Positions 48,835 to 59,315 of a stretch of DNA of 64,000 nucleotides are shown here, in pieces. The stretch spans positions 360,722 through 424,721 of the forward strand of contig CBFHTA010000001.1 of NCBI GenBank assembly GCA_965658655.1, written 5' to 3'. Each line of letters begins with the position of its first letter. Position 1 is the stretch's first letter. The notes under the pieces were generated by a model. It did no database searches. It was not told the DNA's origin and worked only from the letters and a program-made list of their open reading frames with translations. The DNA comes from Candidatus Babelota bacterium (GTDB lineage Bacteria; Babelota; Babeliae; Babelales; CAIQNR01). Position numbers and translations under genes: made by a program.

Positions 48835-49367
48835 AAAATTCCTGATAATGGAAGTGATCGTAAATGTTTATCTATAGAGGGTATCAAAGCATAAGGGGCA
48901 AGTCAAAAGCCTTTGGAAGCTTAAAGTGTTTTTTCTTTTGATTTCTATTGTGGATTTCTTTAAAAATACTTACAAAGAAAACAGTTTGTACTAAATTAAA
49001 AAATAGAGTTTGTACTAGATAGTCAGCATCTATGTATTTAAAATAGTCAGGGAAACGTTGCATGAATTCCTTAGAGAAAGAATCAGTAGAATACATTACT
49101 GCATCTTTTGAAGCAGATATCGTTGTACTACTTCCTATATGTATAAGGTCTTTTACGCATAAGGCTAAAAAGAATTTTTTATGGCTTGTATACCACTGAG
49201 TTTCTTCTTTTTTTGCTTTTTCACAGCTTATATTTGCAATAGATAGGCTCAATAGAGCTACTATCATTATTTTTTTCATAAAATTCCTGATATTGGAAGT
49301 GATCGTAAATGTTTATCTATAAAGGATATCAAGGCAGTAGGGGAAGTCAAAAAACTTTAGAAGCTTA
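48466..49367. repeat. Tandem duplication (~450-bp unit) with conserved ends
   Basis: 48466-48492 is identical to 48926-48952; 48740-48923 closely matches 49185-49367. Confidence 0.9.
48884..49279 (-). CDS. Hypothetical exported/lipoprotein, tandem copy B
   Basis: MKKIMIVALLSLSIANISC leader and shared IHNRNQKKKH near the end. Confidence 0.7.
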   Translation of the reverse strand: MKKIMIVALLSLSIANISCEKAKKEETQWYTSHKKFFLALCVKDLIHIGSSTTISASKDAVMYSTDSFSKEFMQRFPDYFKYIDADYLVQTLFFNLVQTVFFVSIFKEIHNRNQKKKHFKLPKAFDLPLML

Positions 49368-49488
49368 TGAAGTCTTAATTGATTTATGCCATTATTTTAG
49401 TATTGAGGCTTTAAAGTGTACATAGTGGTTAGATACGCACTTTCATGTTACACTCGTCCAACAAATCAAGTTTGTAATAGGTAATGTT

Positions 49489-52077
49489 GTGAAGTATAAA
49501 ATCCAAATAATTTTTGTTCTGGGTATCATTCTGCCAATGAGTGTAATGGCTTCTTTGCAAAATAATGAATGGACGTTGCGTGCTTTGCGCATTCAGGGTA
49601 TTTCTTTTGAAAAACAGAAATATTATCCTTTGTATGAGATTTCTCATGGCGATACTTTTTCTTTTGATCATCATCAGGAGTCTCTTGCTTCTATTAAACG
49701 TGCGGTAAAAACAGAAGGGTACCTTGCGGCAAAAGTGTATGATTACTTTAAGTATTACCCTGATGGTAAAGCGCTTGATGTAATTGTTACTATTGATAGA
49801 GGTTCTCTTTTTAAAATATCCCAGGCTTCAGTTATAATAGATCCCTCTCCTCTTTTAACTCAGTTGCAAACAGAACAGCTGGTTTCTTTTCTAGAGGATG
49901 ATTTTATGCAAAAGCTAGTGGGCAAGAATTATACCAATGAGCGTGTTACTCAAACAATGAAAGGTATTCAACTTTGTTTAGAACAACGAGGGCTTACATC
50001 TTCTCATGTTGCTTTAACGGAGTCTTGTGCGGAAAAAGATGCACGGGTTGCACTTACGTTTGTTATCAATTTAGAAAAAAGTAGATCATTCGAATTTTTT
50101 GGAAACCATTACTTCTCTTCTAATGATCTTATGCGTGTGGTAACGCATTTTGGTAAAGATGCTGGAATGTTACCGGCAGAGATTTTAGCACAAGAAGTTC
50201 TAGCGGAGTATCATAAAAAAGGTTTTTGGAATGCCGATATAGGTACAAGTAATGAGGGGCAAAAAGATTATTTTGTTATTCAAGAGGGTCCACGAGTAAA
50301 AATTAAAGAAGTGGTGCTGAAGGGTGTAGAGGTATTTAAAAAAGAATGGTTAGAAAAGCATTTTTTAAATACCTTAAAATCGAAATGGTACGATGCAGAT
50401 AAAGAAAAACAAGCATTTAAGCGTTTAATTGATTGGTATCATGATCAGGGGTTTTGGAATATTTCTATTTTACAGCGTAAGCATATTCCGATTAATAATG
50501 ATTGGTATACTTTGACGGTAGTAGTTGATGAAGGAAAGCAACGTTTTATAAAGCGAGCAGAAGTTGTGGGGTATCCTCATCTCATGAAGCACTCTTGTTT
50601 TGCAAAAATTAATTATGAAAATCGTAAAAAACTTCCATTTTCGCCGTCTTTATTAGCAGAACAAAAAGCTTTTTTAATCAAAGCAATTCGTTCTGAGGGA
50701 TATCTCTATGCACGAATCGAATACACCTTGCACGAAGAGCAAGAGGGTTATAGGGTAAGTTGGAATATAGTGCCTGGACAGCAAATAAAATTTGGTGACA
50801 CAACTATTAAGGGATACACCAAGGTTTCGAAAAATATACTTTTAAAACAGTTAGCGTATAACCAGGCAGATATTTGGAGCAAAGAGAAACTTCAAAATAC
50901 GTTAGTTCGGTTTCGATCATTAGATTTGTTTGAAAGAGTTCATCTACAAACGGTTGATGCTAAAAATAAGAATGAAATGCGCGATGTTGTTATAACATTA
51001 CAAGAGGATGATCCCTTTGAGGTTAAATTTCGTTTAGGGTATCAACAGGTGAGTAAAAGTTTTGCTTTTAAAAGAGTGTCATCATATCGAGTGGGTGCTA
51101 CTGGTTTATGGAGAAATCCTCTTAATAGGGCAGATGCTTTATTTCTTGATTGTGCTTTTACTCGTTTTGATCGTTTAGTTTCTGGAATATATAAAATTCC
51201 TTTTTCTCTCTTTGCTCCTTGTATGGGTACTGTAAAAGGATATACAAAAAAGTATACACAGCCGGTTTCTGTTGGTTCTAAAAAAACATTATATCAGACA
51301 GATCAAGATGGATTTTCTCTGGGGGTAAGTTCTCATAGCAAACATTTTGATATGGGTTGTACCGCTGGTTTCGAGTGGGCAAAAACAAAAAATATTTCTA
51401 CTGAGCTTGCAGCAGCTATGCGCTTTGAGGCCGATTTAATAGACAAGAGAATTCCTTACTTTGTTGTTCAACCAACGATTTCTTTTGATTTTCTTAATGA
51501 CAAGTTTAATCCAACTAAAGGAATGTTTGCATCAGTTGCACTCAAAGGTATGATGCCATTTGAAAAAAGCTCTTATTCGGTCAAATTCTTGGCAGAAGAA
51601 GGGATCTTTATTCCTATGGGTCTAGCAACGTTTGCAGCACGTGCTCGTTTTGGACATATTTTTAGAAAAAAATTTACAGCGATTATGCCTCCTGAGCGTT
51701 TTTATTTAGGTGGAGCTAATTCCTTGAGGGGCTACCAAACAGACAAATGCCCCCCGCTGGGTAGTTTTGTAGATGAAAAGGGCGTAACACAATGGGTAGC
51801 TCAAGGTGGAAAATCTATGTTTAATATTAATCTTGAGCTCAGAGTTCCTGTTCATAAAAAACTTATGCATGTGGTGATATTTCAAGATTTTGGAGCATTG
51901 GAAGAAGACGCTCATGCTTTAGTAGAGCCCAAAAAGCCGCTTTCAGCTACTGGATTAGGCTTAAGGTATACTACTCCTGTTGGTTCCTTGCGATTTGATA
52001 TTGGCTGGAAATGGCATAAGCAATTTCCTGAAGAAACTTCTTATGCGTGGTTTTTAACCTTTGGACAGGCTTTTTAG
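49489..52077 (+). CDS. Omp85 family outer-membrane protein (BamA/TamA-like)
   Basis: POTRA-like repeats (G Y/F..A.V, G.R..I), RFYLGGANSLRGY, GLRY.TPVG.LRFD and terminal GQAF. Confidence 0.9.
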   Translation: MKYKIQIIFVLGIILPMSVMASLQNNEWTLRALRIQGISFEKQKYYPLYEISHGDTFSFDHHQESLASIKRAVKTEGYLAAKVYDYFKYYPDGKALDVIVTIDRGSLFKISQASVIIDPSPLLTQLQTEQLVSFLEDDFMQKLVGKNYTNERVTQTMKGIQLCLEQRGLTSSHVALTESCAEKDARVALTFVINLEKSRSFEFFGNHYFSSNDLMRVVTHFGKDAGMLPAEILAQEVLAEYHKKGFWNADIGTSNEGQKDYFVIQEGPRVKIKEVVLKGVEVFKKEWLEKHFLNTLKSKWYDADKEKQAFKRLIDWYHDQGFWNISILQRKHIPINNDWYTLTVVVDEGKQRFIKRAEVVGYPHLMKHSCFAKINYENRKKLPFSPSLLAEQKAFLIKAIRSEGYLYARIEYTLHEEQEGYRVSWNIVPGQQIKFGDTTIKGYTKVSKNILLKQLAYNQADIWSKEKLQNTLVRFRSLDLFERVHLQTVDAKNKNEMRDVVITLQEDDPFEVKFRLGYQQVSKSFAFKRVSSYRVGATGLWRNPLNRADALFLDCAFTRFDRLVSGIYKIPFSLFAPCMGTVKGYTKKYTQPVSVGSKKTLYQTDQDGFSLGVSSHSKHFDMGCTAGFEWAKTKNISTELAAAMRFEADLIDKRIPYFVVQPTISFDFLNDKFNPTKGMFASVALKGMMPFEKSSYSVKFLAEEGIFIPMGLATFAARARFGHIFRKKFTAIMPPERFYLGGANSLRGYQTDKCPPLGSFVDEKGVTQWVAQGGKSMFNINLELRVPVHKKLMHVVIFQDFGALEEDAHALVEPKKPLSATGLGLRYTTPVGSLRFDIGWKWHKQFPEETSYAWFLTFGQAF

Positions 52078-52159
52078 CTATACAAAATTTTTGCGTTCAG
52101 AGGCAAAAGGGGCTATATTCAATTTATAGATAAGGAAAACCTTTAACTAGAGGGGCTTT

Positions 52160-52828
52160 ATGAAGGTAAAAAGTAATGCTACTTTCTTTTCGCTCGTAGA
52201 ACACGAAATGGTATGTCATTTTCCGTATGCTGTTTTATCAGTAGCACTGAGTATGATTGCGGCTGGAATTTTGGGATATTTTTCATTTGGAGCAACACCG
52301 TCTACGGTTGAGCATGGGTCTATGGTACTTTTTCATAGTTGCCACTTTTTACACATTGTTTTTGCAGCTACTGGTGCTGTGCTCACATTTTTTAGATATT
52401 CTAAAGATGTGTTGAAGGGTCTTATTGTTGGAGCTCTCTCGGCTATTGTTTTTTGTATGTTGTCAGATGTTCTATTGCCATATGTGGTAGGTGAACTGAT
52501 GGGAATAAATATGCAACTCCATATTTGCTTCTTCTCTGAGTTTAGCAATGTTGCGCCATTCTTGGTGGTAGGGGTATTTAACGGTTGGTTGTTGAGTAAA
52601 CATCATGGTGGACAACAAAGTTTCTTCTCTATTTGGTCTCACTTTGCACATATCTTTGTAAGTTCGTTAGCTTCTATGTTATATACTATTTCTCATGGCA
52701 TGCATGATTGGTATCAATATATGGGAGTATTATTTATGCTATTAATTATTGCGGTGGTTATACCATGTACGTTGTCTGATGTAGTTGTTCCGGCTTACTT
52801 TGCAGGTATGGGTAAAAAACAAAAATGA
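52160..52828 (+). CDS. His-rich polytopic membrane protein
   Basis: About six TM segments with HFPY, HFLH, HICF and HFAH; ATGA overlap with potA. Confidence 0.65.
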   Translation: MKVKSNATFFSLVEHEMVCHFPYAVLSVALSMIAAGILGYFSFGATPSTVEHGSMVLFHSCHFLHIVFAATGAVLTFFRYSKDVLKGLIVGALSAIVFCMLSDVLLPYVVGELMGINMQLHICFFSEFSNVAPFLVVGVFNGWLLSKHHGGQQSFFSIWSHFAHIFVSSLASMLYTISHGMHDWYQYMGVLFMLLIIAVVIPCTLSDVVVPAYFAGMGKKQK

Positions 52829-53916
52829 ATGATATTCGTCTTAAAAAGGTTAATAAATCTTTTGAAGGGGAACCAATTCTTGAGAACATTAATCTTACGG
52901 TTCCCGAAGGTAAATTTTTTGCTTTACTAGGACCGAGTGGTTGTGGAAAAACAACCATTCTTAGAATGATTGCAGGATTCGATCAACCGGATTCTGGGAC
53001 CATTAGTTTAGGTGATACTAATATTACTGATATTCCTAGTAATAAACGTAAAATTAATACAGTTTTTCAGAATTATGCATTGTTCCCTCACATGAACGTT
53101 TTTGAAAATGTTGCTTACAGCTTAAGACTTAAGAACCTTGATAAAGAAATTATCAAGTTTCGAGTTCAAAAAATTCTAAAAACTGTTCGCCTTGAACATC
53201 AAATGTATAAGCCAATTCAGCAGCTTTCTGGTGGGCAACAACAACGTGTAGCTCTTGCACGCGCAATTATTAATGAACCAGAAGTGTTATTGTTGGATGA
53301 ACCGTTGGCAGCACTCGATGTTAAATTGCGTGAACATATGCTTATTGAACTTATCGATCTTCAAGAAACGATAAAGACAACCTTTGTGTATATTACACAT
53401 GATCAAACCGAAGCACTTACAGTAGCAGATAAAATGGCCATCATGAATTATGATGGAGAGATTGAGCAGGTAGGAACACCGCGAGAAATTTATGAATTTC
53501 CTGTTTCTTCTTTTGTAGCTCAGTTTGTAGGTAAAACAAACTTGTTTAGAGGAACGCTTCAAGTGTATGGGGATGTACCCACTGTTGATGTTGCTGGTCT
53601 TGGGAAATTTAGTGTCTATTTTTCGGCAAAATGCGAGTGGATGGTAGAGGGAAGACCGGTGCTCTTGGGTGTTCGTCCAGAAAAAATATGGATTAGTAAG
53701 ACGCCTGAAAAAGGTTTTGCTAACCATGTAATGGGTGAAGTTGAGTCAATTGTGTATCATGGTCAAGCAACACAGTACAATGTTCGTCTGCAGAATGGTC
53801 AAAAGGTCCAAGTTTTTGAGCAAAATGAAGAGCATTTCCCTAAAGAAAAAATAGATTATGACGATAAAGTGCATTTGTATTGGCAGAAAGAAAACGCGAT
53901 GGTGTTGGAAAAATGA
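52825..53916 (+). CDS. potA: Spermidine/putrescine ABC transporter ATPase
   Basis: GPSGCGKT, VFQNYALFPHM, LSGGQQQR and TOBE tail. Confidence 0.9.
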   Translation: MNDIRLKKVNKSFEGEPILENINLTVPEGKFFALLGPSGCGKTTILRMIAGFDQPDSGTISLGDTNITDIPSNKRKINTVFQNYALFPHMNVFENVAYSLRLKNLDKEIIKFRVQKILKTVRLEHQMYKPIQQLSGGQQQRVALARAIINEPEVLLLDEPLAALDVKLREHMLIELIDLQETIKTTFVYITHDQTEALTVADKMAIMNYDGEIEQVGTPREIYEFPVSSFVAQFVGKTNLFRGTLQVYGDVPTVDVAGLGKFSVYFSAKCEWMVEGRPVLLGVRPEKIWISKTPEKGFANHVMGEVESIVYHGQATQYNVRLQNGQKVQVFEQNEEHFPKEKIDYDDKVHLYWQKENAMVLEK

Positions 53917-54782
53917 AAAAAAGCTTCTTTTCTCCCAATGTTTCCTTCTTCTGGGGAGTTATAGCCCTTGTATGGCAAGCAATCTTTTTTTATATTCCAC
54001 TTTCTTTTCTTGTTGGCTCTAGTTTTATTACTTTTTCTTCCGTTTTAAAATCAACACGTTTTACAATGTTGCACTATGCGGAGTTATGTAAACCTATCTA
54101 TGCGATGATTTTCTTTAGATCACTCGCCCTTGCTCTTTCTACGGTTATTATCACCTTGCTTATAGCCTATCCGGTAGCATATTATGTTGCTATTAAAGTA
54201 ACGCGTTGGAAAGAAGCATTTTTTGCACTTTTAATATTACCCTTCTGGACTAATTTTTTATTACTTGTTTATGCATGGTACTTTTTGCTTGAGAACGACG
54301 GACTTATTAATTCTTTACTTCTTCAGTTAGGCATTATTAGGCAGCCTATTTATTTAATGAATACTACATTTGCTGTGTATGTTGGTATGGTTTATTGTTA
54401 TCTTCCATTTATGCTTTTGCCCTTATATTCAACGCTTGAAAAATTTAATGTAAAGCTCCTTGAGGCTTCTACTGATTTAGGTGCAACGTATTTCCAAACA
54501 TTTAAAAGAGTAGTATTGCCACTTACTTGGCCCGGTATTAAGACTGGCGCAATCTTAGTTTTTGTTCCTGCATTTGGAGAGTTTGTGGTTCCTGCGCTTT
54601 TAGGTGGTGACAAAGATATGTATGTTGGAACAGTCATTACACACTATTTTTTAACAATTAGAAACGCATCTTTGGGTTCTGCGTTTACCTGCTTCAGTGT
54701 GACCATTCTATTCTTTTTATTATCTTTATTCTTTGGTTTAGGAAACTTAATTACAGAAAGAAGAAGGGCAAGCAATGGTTAA
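53913..54782 (+). CDS. potB: Polyamine ABC permease
   Basis: LPFWTN.L, YLPFM.LP.Y and EAS.DLGA; start at ATGA overlap. Confidence 0.88.
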   Translation: MKKSFFSPNVSFFWGVIALVWQAIFFYIPLSFLVGSSFITFSSVLKSTRFTMLHYAELCKPIYAMIFFRSLALALSTVIITLLIAYPVAYYVAIKVTRWKEAFFALLILPFWTNFLLLVYAWYFLLENDGLINSLLLQLGIIRQPIYLMNTTFAVYVGMVYCYLPFMLLPLYSTLEKFNVKLLEASTDLGATYFQTFKRVVLPLTWPGIKTGAILVFVPAFGEFVVPALLGGDKDMYVGTVITHYFLTIRNASLGSAFTCFSVTILFFLLSLFFGLGNLITERRRASNG

Positions 54783-55554
54783 GAATCCACTGGTTAGGAT
54801 TGCTCTTCCGCTTTGGGTGAGTGCAACGTATCTCTTCTTGTATATTCCTATTATTGTTTTGATTGTGTTTTCTTTTAATTCAATCGCTTTTCCGTATCAA
54901 TGGGAAAGTTTTTCTTTAAAGTGGTATCATGAGCTTTTTTATGCAGCAGACCTGTGGAAAGCTGCTCGTAATTCGGTAATTGTTGGGTTTTCTACCGTGG
55001 CCTTAAGTCTTTTTATTGGGCTTTTTTTTGTAATGTGGAATGCGAGCAGGAAGAATGATTATTTACTCTCTTTCTTTTATCCAAATCTTATTATTCCAGA
55101 GATTATCCTTGCTGTTGGTTTATTAAGTTTTTTCATTTTCTTTAATGTACCGTTGAGCTTAGGAACCTTAATTGTAGGACATACACTTTTGGGTCTTGGA
55201 TATGCTATTCCTATTATTCACGAAAGTTTTACAAGTATTGATACTCGTTTAGTAGAAGCTTCTACAGATTTAGGAGCAACGCCAACTCAAACATTTGTTA
55301 AAGTGGTTTTGCCTATTTTAAAGCCATCATTAATAGCAGCAGGGTTACTTGTTTTTATTCTTTCTCTCGATGATTTTTTAATTGCATTCTTTTGTGCAGG
55401 CTCAGATTCTCAAACGTTATCTCTCTATATTTTTGCCATGATTAGAACTGGGGTTTCTCCTGAAGTGAATGCATTAGCAACGTTAATGATTGCTGTCAGT
55501 AGTTTCTTGGTCTTCTTATTCTGTTCTCTTAGGGTAGAGGAGCAGGTATGGTAA
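54775..55554 (+). CDS. potC: Polyamine ABC permease
   Basis: FLYIPI..LIVFSFN, LSLDDF and GVSPEVNA. Confidence 0.9.
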   Translation: MVKNPLVRIALPLWVSATYLFLYIPIIVLIVFSFNSIAFPYQWESFSLKWYHELFYAADLWKAARNSVIVGFSTVALSLFIGLFFVMWNASRKNDYLLSFFYPNLIIPEIILAVGLLSFFIFFNVPLSLGTLIVGHTLLGLGYAIPIIHESFTSIDTRLVEASTDLGATPTQTFVKVVLPILKPSLIAAGLLVFILSLDDFLIAFFCAGSDSQTLSLYIFAMIRTGVSPEVNALATLMIAVSSFLVFLFCSLRVEEQVW

Positions 55555-56630
55555 CTTTTCGCAAAGGTCTTATTCGTTCGTTGGTGGTTGTTTTCTGGAT
55601 AGGCTTTATCTTTGCGTATTTGTATACAGGCAAAGTTTTAAAATATTTTCGTTCACCCAAGTCTATTAATGTGTTTATGTGGTCCGGAGTGGTTGACCCT
55701 CGACTGTTTCATAAGTTCGAGAACGAGACAGGGATTCATGTAAATGTAAGTTATTATGAAGGGAATGAGGAACTTTTGGTGAAGTTGCTTGCAACAAAAG
55801 CCAAAGGGTATGACATGATTGTACCTTCTGATTATGTTGTTAAGTTTTTAATAAAACATAATCTATTGAAAAAAATAGACAGATCAAAATTAGACTTTTT
55901 AGATAATCTTAATCCAAAATTTTTGGGGCATTATTTTGACCCTTATAATGACTATTCTATTCCTGCGGAATGGTATGTAGAAGGGCTTGCTATTAATACT
56001 GATTATTTTGAAAAAGGTAAGATTCCAGAAGCAAGTTGGGCTTCTATTTTTCATCCAGAAAAAACACCTGATCATATTGGATTATTTAACGACAGTCGTG
56101 AAGTTTGTGGGCTGGCTATAAAGTATTTATATGGAAAAAATCGTTCAATTAACGCACAAGAAGTACAAGAAGTTAAGCAGCTTTTACAAGAACAAAAAAA
56201 GAAGGTAGAAGCGTATACAGATTTTAGAGGTGATTTTTTATTAGAATCGGGTAATTGTTCGCTGGTAACGTTACCTAATACATTTATTTGGAAAACGATT
56301 CAAGATAATCCAAATGTTATCTTTCTGATACCTAAAGAAGGAACGTTTCTTAATCTTGAAAACTATGTGATTCCTGCTCCATCTAAAAAAGCAGACTTAG
56401 TCTATAAGTTCTGGAATTTTTTGTTTAGATTAGAGCATCAGAAACACAACTTCCATTACGGTGCTTTCTTATCTACTCGTAAAGATGCAGACTTTATGTT
56501 TGCAGTTGATACCTTAAAAGAATCAACTCAGCTTGTGCATCCAGATACAACACATCAAGCTGAGCTGTTTGAAAACAAATTAACAGATGAGCAAATTAAT
56601 GAAATTTGGCTCGGCGTAAAAGGTTCTTAG
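55548..56630 (+). CDS. potD: Polyamine ABC substrate-binding protein
   Basis: FENETGI.V, NEEL..KL, YDMIVPSDY, FDP.N.YSIP and PKEG. Confidence 0.88.
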   Translation: MVTFRKGLIRSLVVVFWIGFIFAYLYTGKVLKYFRSPKSINVFMWSGVVDPRLFHKFENETGIHVNVSYYEGNEELLVKLLATKAKGYDMIVPSDYVVKFLIKHNLLKKIDRSKLDFLDNLNPKFLGHYFDPYNDYSIPAEWYVEGLAINTDYFEKGKIPEASWASIFHPEKTPDHIGLFNDSREVCGLAIKYLYGKNRSINAQEVQEVKQLLQEQKKKVEAYTDFRGDFLLESGNCSLVTLPNTFIWKTIQDNPNVIFLIPKEGTFLNLENYVIPAPSKKADLVYKFWNFLFRLEHQKHNFHYGAFLSTRKDADFMFAVDTLKESTQLVHPDTTHQAELFENKLTDEQINEIWLGVKGS

Positions 56631-56704
56631 CCGAGGTCGTTTTTTATGCCCATGGTATCTCTTTATCCTTCATGCAGTGATACGCCGCCCTTGGTGCTGT
56701 GTGC

Positions 56705-57175
56705 TTAGCTAGAAGCTCTTTTTTTATTTTTTAATGTTCTTATTGTTTTTTGTGCTGTTTCTGTAGCTTTCTTAATTATGTTGTTAACAATAGAATGTGC
56801 CTTTTGAGGTTTATATCCGTTTCTAATTAATAATTTTTTGTAAGACTGAGGCGTATTTGAAAGAGACCAAATAGCAATTATTTTGTTGGTGTCTGCGTTA
56901 TTTAATCCTTCTTTTTGAAGTTTTTCAATCATGCTTGCTTCATAAGAAGCTAAATAGGCAGGGCTGCTGAGAATACTATTAATTTGTTTGTCTGTATGTC
57001 CTGAGGCCTTAAGTCCTGTTCTTACTCCAATAGTATATCCAATAGTGTGACGGGATAAAGCTAAAGCTGTATGGCTAATGTTGAGTGTCCGGTGAGGCGC
57101 AGATGGGTTAGTGAACTTTATCGCTTGTGCGTTGAAACTAGCTGCCAATAATCCTAAAATTAAAAATTTCTTCAT
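56705..57175 (-). CDS. Hypothetical exported basic protein
   Basis: Signal peptide ending AQA, GGAG RBS. Confidence 0.65.
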   Translation of the reverse strand: MKKFLILGLLAASFNAQAIKFTNPSAPHRTLNISHTALALSRHTIGYTIGVRTGLKASGHTDKQINSILSSPAYLASYEASMIEKLQKEGLNNADTNKIIAIWSLSNTPQSYKKLLIRNGYKPQKAHSIVNNIIKKATETAQKTIRTLKNKKRASS

Positions 57176-57370
57176 TTGATCTCCATTTTTTAAACCTTTG
57201 TTAATATTCTCTTTAGCGTATCAAATTGGATTTGTTGCAAGCAATAGAAAGATGGCCCTGAGCATATATGGATGCAATTTAAGCTTAAGAGTTTAGTCTC
57301 CTTTGAGGATTTTCTGGTTTTCGGGTATTATAAGCTCCAGATATCGTTTTTAAGCTTGAGAGGCTCACTT

Positions 57371-59290
57371 GTGAATAAATTTTACGTTACGACTCCTATA
57401 TACTATGCAACCGCAACTCCCCATTTGGGAACATTATATTCAACCGTTCTTGCAGACATTGCAGCTCGTTGGAATAAAATTCAGGGAAAAGAGGTATTTT
57501 TTCTAACCGGAACAGATGAATACGGAAAGAAGATTGCGCAAGCCGCAGAGAAAGTGAATAAAGATCCTAAAGGATTTGTAGATCAGTTTATTCCAGCTTA
57601 TAAAGATTTGTGGAAGAAGTATGAAATTGATTATTCACATTTTATTAGAACCACTGATGAGTATCATGTTAAAGCGGTTCAAAAATGGCTTGGTGATTTA
57701 GAAGCAAAAGGCGATATTTATAAAGGTGCGTACGAAGGTTGGTATTGTACACCGTGTGAAACTTATTTGACCGCAAAAGACGATTCTTTGGATCCTCAAT
57801 ATTATTCAGAAGGTGGAAAAAAGCCTGAATGTGATTCGTGTCAAAGAGAAACACAGTGGATGTCTGAACCTTGTTATATGTTTAAGTTGTCTGCGTATCA
57901 AGACAGACTTTTAAAATTTTATGAAGATAACCCAAACTTTATTACCCCTAAACAACGATTTGCTGAAGTTATTTCATTTGTAAAAGGTGGTCTTGAAGAT
58001 TTAAGTATTTCTCGAACAACGCTTTCTTGGGGTGTTCCATTCCCCAATGATAAAGATCATGTCACGTATGTGTGGGCCGATGCGCTTAATAATTATTTGA
58101 CTGGTATTGGGTACAATCAAGATGGCAAAGAAGAAGCATTTAAAAAGTGGTGGCCTGCCGATATGCAGGTACTAGGTAAAGATATTGTGCGCTTTCATGC
58201 AGTATTTTGGCCAGCATTCTTAATGGCATCTGATCTGCCACTACCAAAACAGTTGTTGGTACACGGTTGGATTAAGATGGGTGAGCATAAGATGTCAAAG
58301 TCTCGCGGTAATAGTGTTGACCCTCAAGATTTATATAAAGTCTATGGTCCTGATTCTGTGCGTTATTACTTGGCTCGTCAGCTTTCTATTGCACAAGATG
58401 GCCAATTTACCGTTGATGATCTTGAACAAAAAATTACTTCTGATTTATCAAACGATTTGGGTAATCTATTACAACGGATGGTTTCTTTAGCAAACAAAAA
58501 TAAAGTGACAGAAGTTACACCAGGTTCATGGGGAGATGAAGAGCAGGGGCTCCAAGAACATGCTCAAGATATGATTAATTCATTCAAGCGAGAAATGGAA
58601 CGTGGTTATTATCACATGGCATTGTCTCATCTTTGGAAGTTTGTAAATGCAGCCAATGCGTACTTCCATGCACAAGAGCCTTGGAAACTTGCAAAAACTG
58701 ATCAAGAAAAATTTATGGCAGTGTTGAGTGCAACGTGCCATAGCTTGAAAATAATAGCAGTTATGTTGTGGCCAGTAATGCCAGAAAAGATGGAAGAATT
58801 ATTGAAACGTTTGGGGTGTACGTTTAATGTAAATGGTGATAAAGTTGCAGAATTAGCAAGCGCTTGGGGCAATACATTTGTCTTATTAATGGGAGATCCA
58901 TTATTTGCAAAGCCAGAGCCTCGTAAAGAAGATGAACCAGAAGAACAAGCGAAGGAGTCGTATATTAACATCGAAGATTTCATCAAAGTAGATTTGCGTG
59001 TAGGAACCATTAAAGAATGTGAAGTGGTAGAAAAGTCTGACAGGCTTTTAAAATCACAAGTTGATATGGGTCCTGAGCTTGGTGTTCGCCAAATTTTTTC
59101 TGGTATTAAAAAATGGTATACTCCAGAAGAACTTATTGGCAGACAGGTTATTGTGGTCGCTAATTTAAAGCCTCGTAAAATGATGGGTGAAGAATCACAA
59201 GGGATGATTACGCTTGCTGATGGTGAAGATGGAAAACCAACGTTAATTAGTCCAGTTGTTCCATTACCCAATGGGGCAAAATTGAAATAG
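57371..59290 (+). CDS. metG: Methionine--tRNA ligase with C-terminal tRNA-binding domain
   Basis: FYVTTPIYY, HLG, GTDE.G.K, YVW.DAL, KMSKS and VDLRVG; GTG start at 57371. Confidence 0.96.
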   Translation: MNKFYVTTPIYYATATPHLGTLYSTVLADIAARWNKIQGKEVFFLTGTDEYGKKIAQAAEKVNKDPKGFVDQFIPAYKDLWKKYEIDYSHFIRTTDEYHVKAVQKWLGDLEAKGDIYKGAYEGWYCTPCETYLTAKDDSLDPQYYSEGGKKPECDSCQRETQWMSEPCYMFKLSAYQDRLLKFYEDNPNFITPKQRFAEVISFVKGGLEDLSISRTTLSWGVPFPNDKDHVTYVWADALNNYLTGIGYNQDGKEEAFKKWWPADMQVLGKDIVRFHAVFWPAFLMASDLPLPKQLLVHGWIKMGEHKMSKSRGNSVDPQDLYKVYGPDSVRYYLARQLSIAQDGQFTVDDLEQKITSDLSNDLGNLLQRMVSLANKNKVTEVTPGSWGDEEQGLQEHAQDMINSFKREMERGYYHMALSHLWKFVNAANAYFHAQEPWKLAKTDQEKFMAVLSATCHSLKIIAVMLWPVMPEKMEELLKRLGCTFNVNGDKVAELASAWGNTFVLLMGDPLFAKPEPRKEDEPEEQAKESYINIEDFIKVDLRVGTIKECEVVEKSDRLLKSQVDMGPELGVRQIFSGIKKWYTPEELIGRQVIVVANLKPRKMMGEESQGMITLADGEDGKPTLISPVVPLPNGAKLK

Positions 59291-59315
59291 AGACGTTATT
59301 TAAAAAGAGAGTATC

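Noticed and set aside
48466..49367. CRISPR array, integron or DGR interpretation of the repeat-variable-repeat pattern
   Set aside because: Only two units, the constant parts are coding and promoter DNA, there is no cas, integrase or RT gene in the window, and differences are not adenine-specific.
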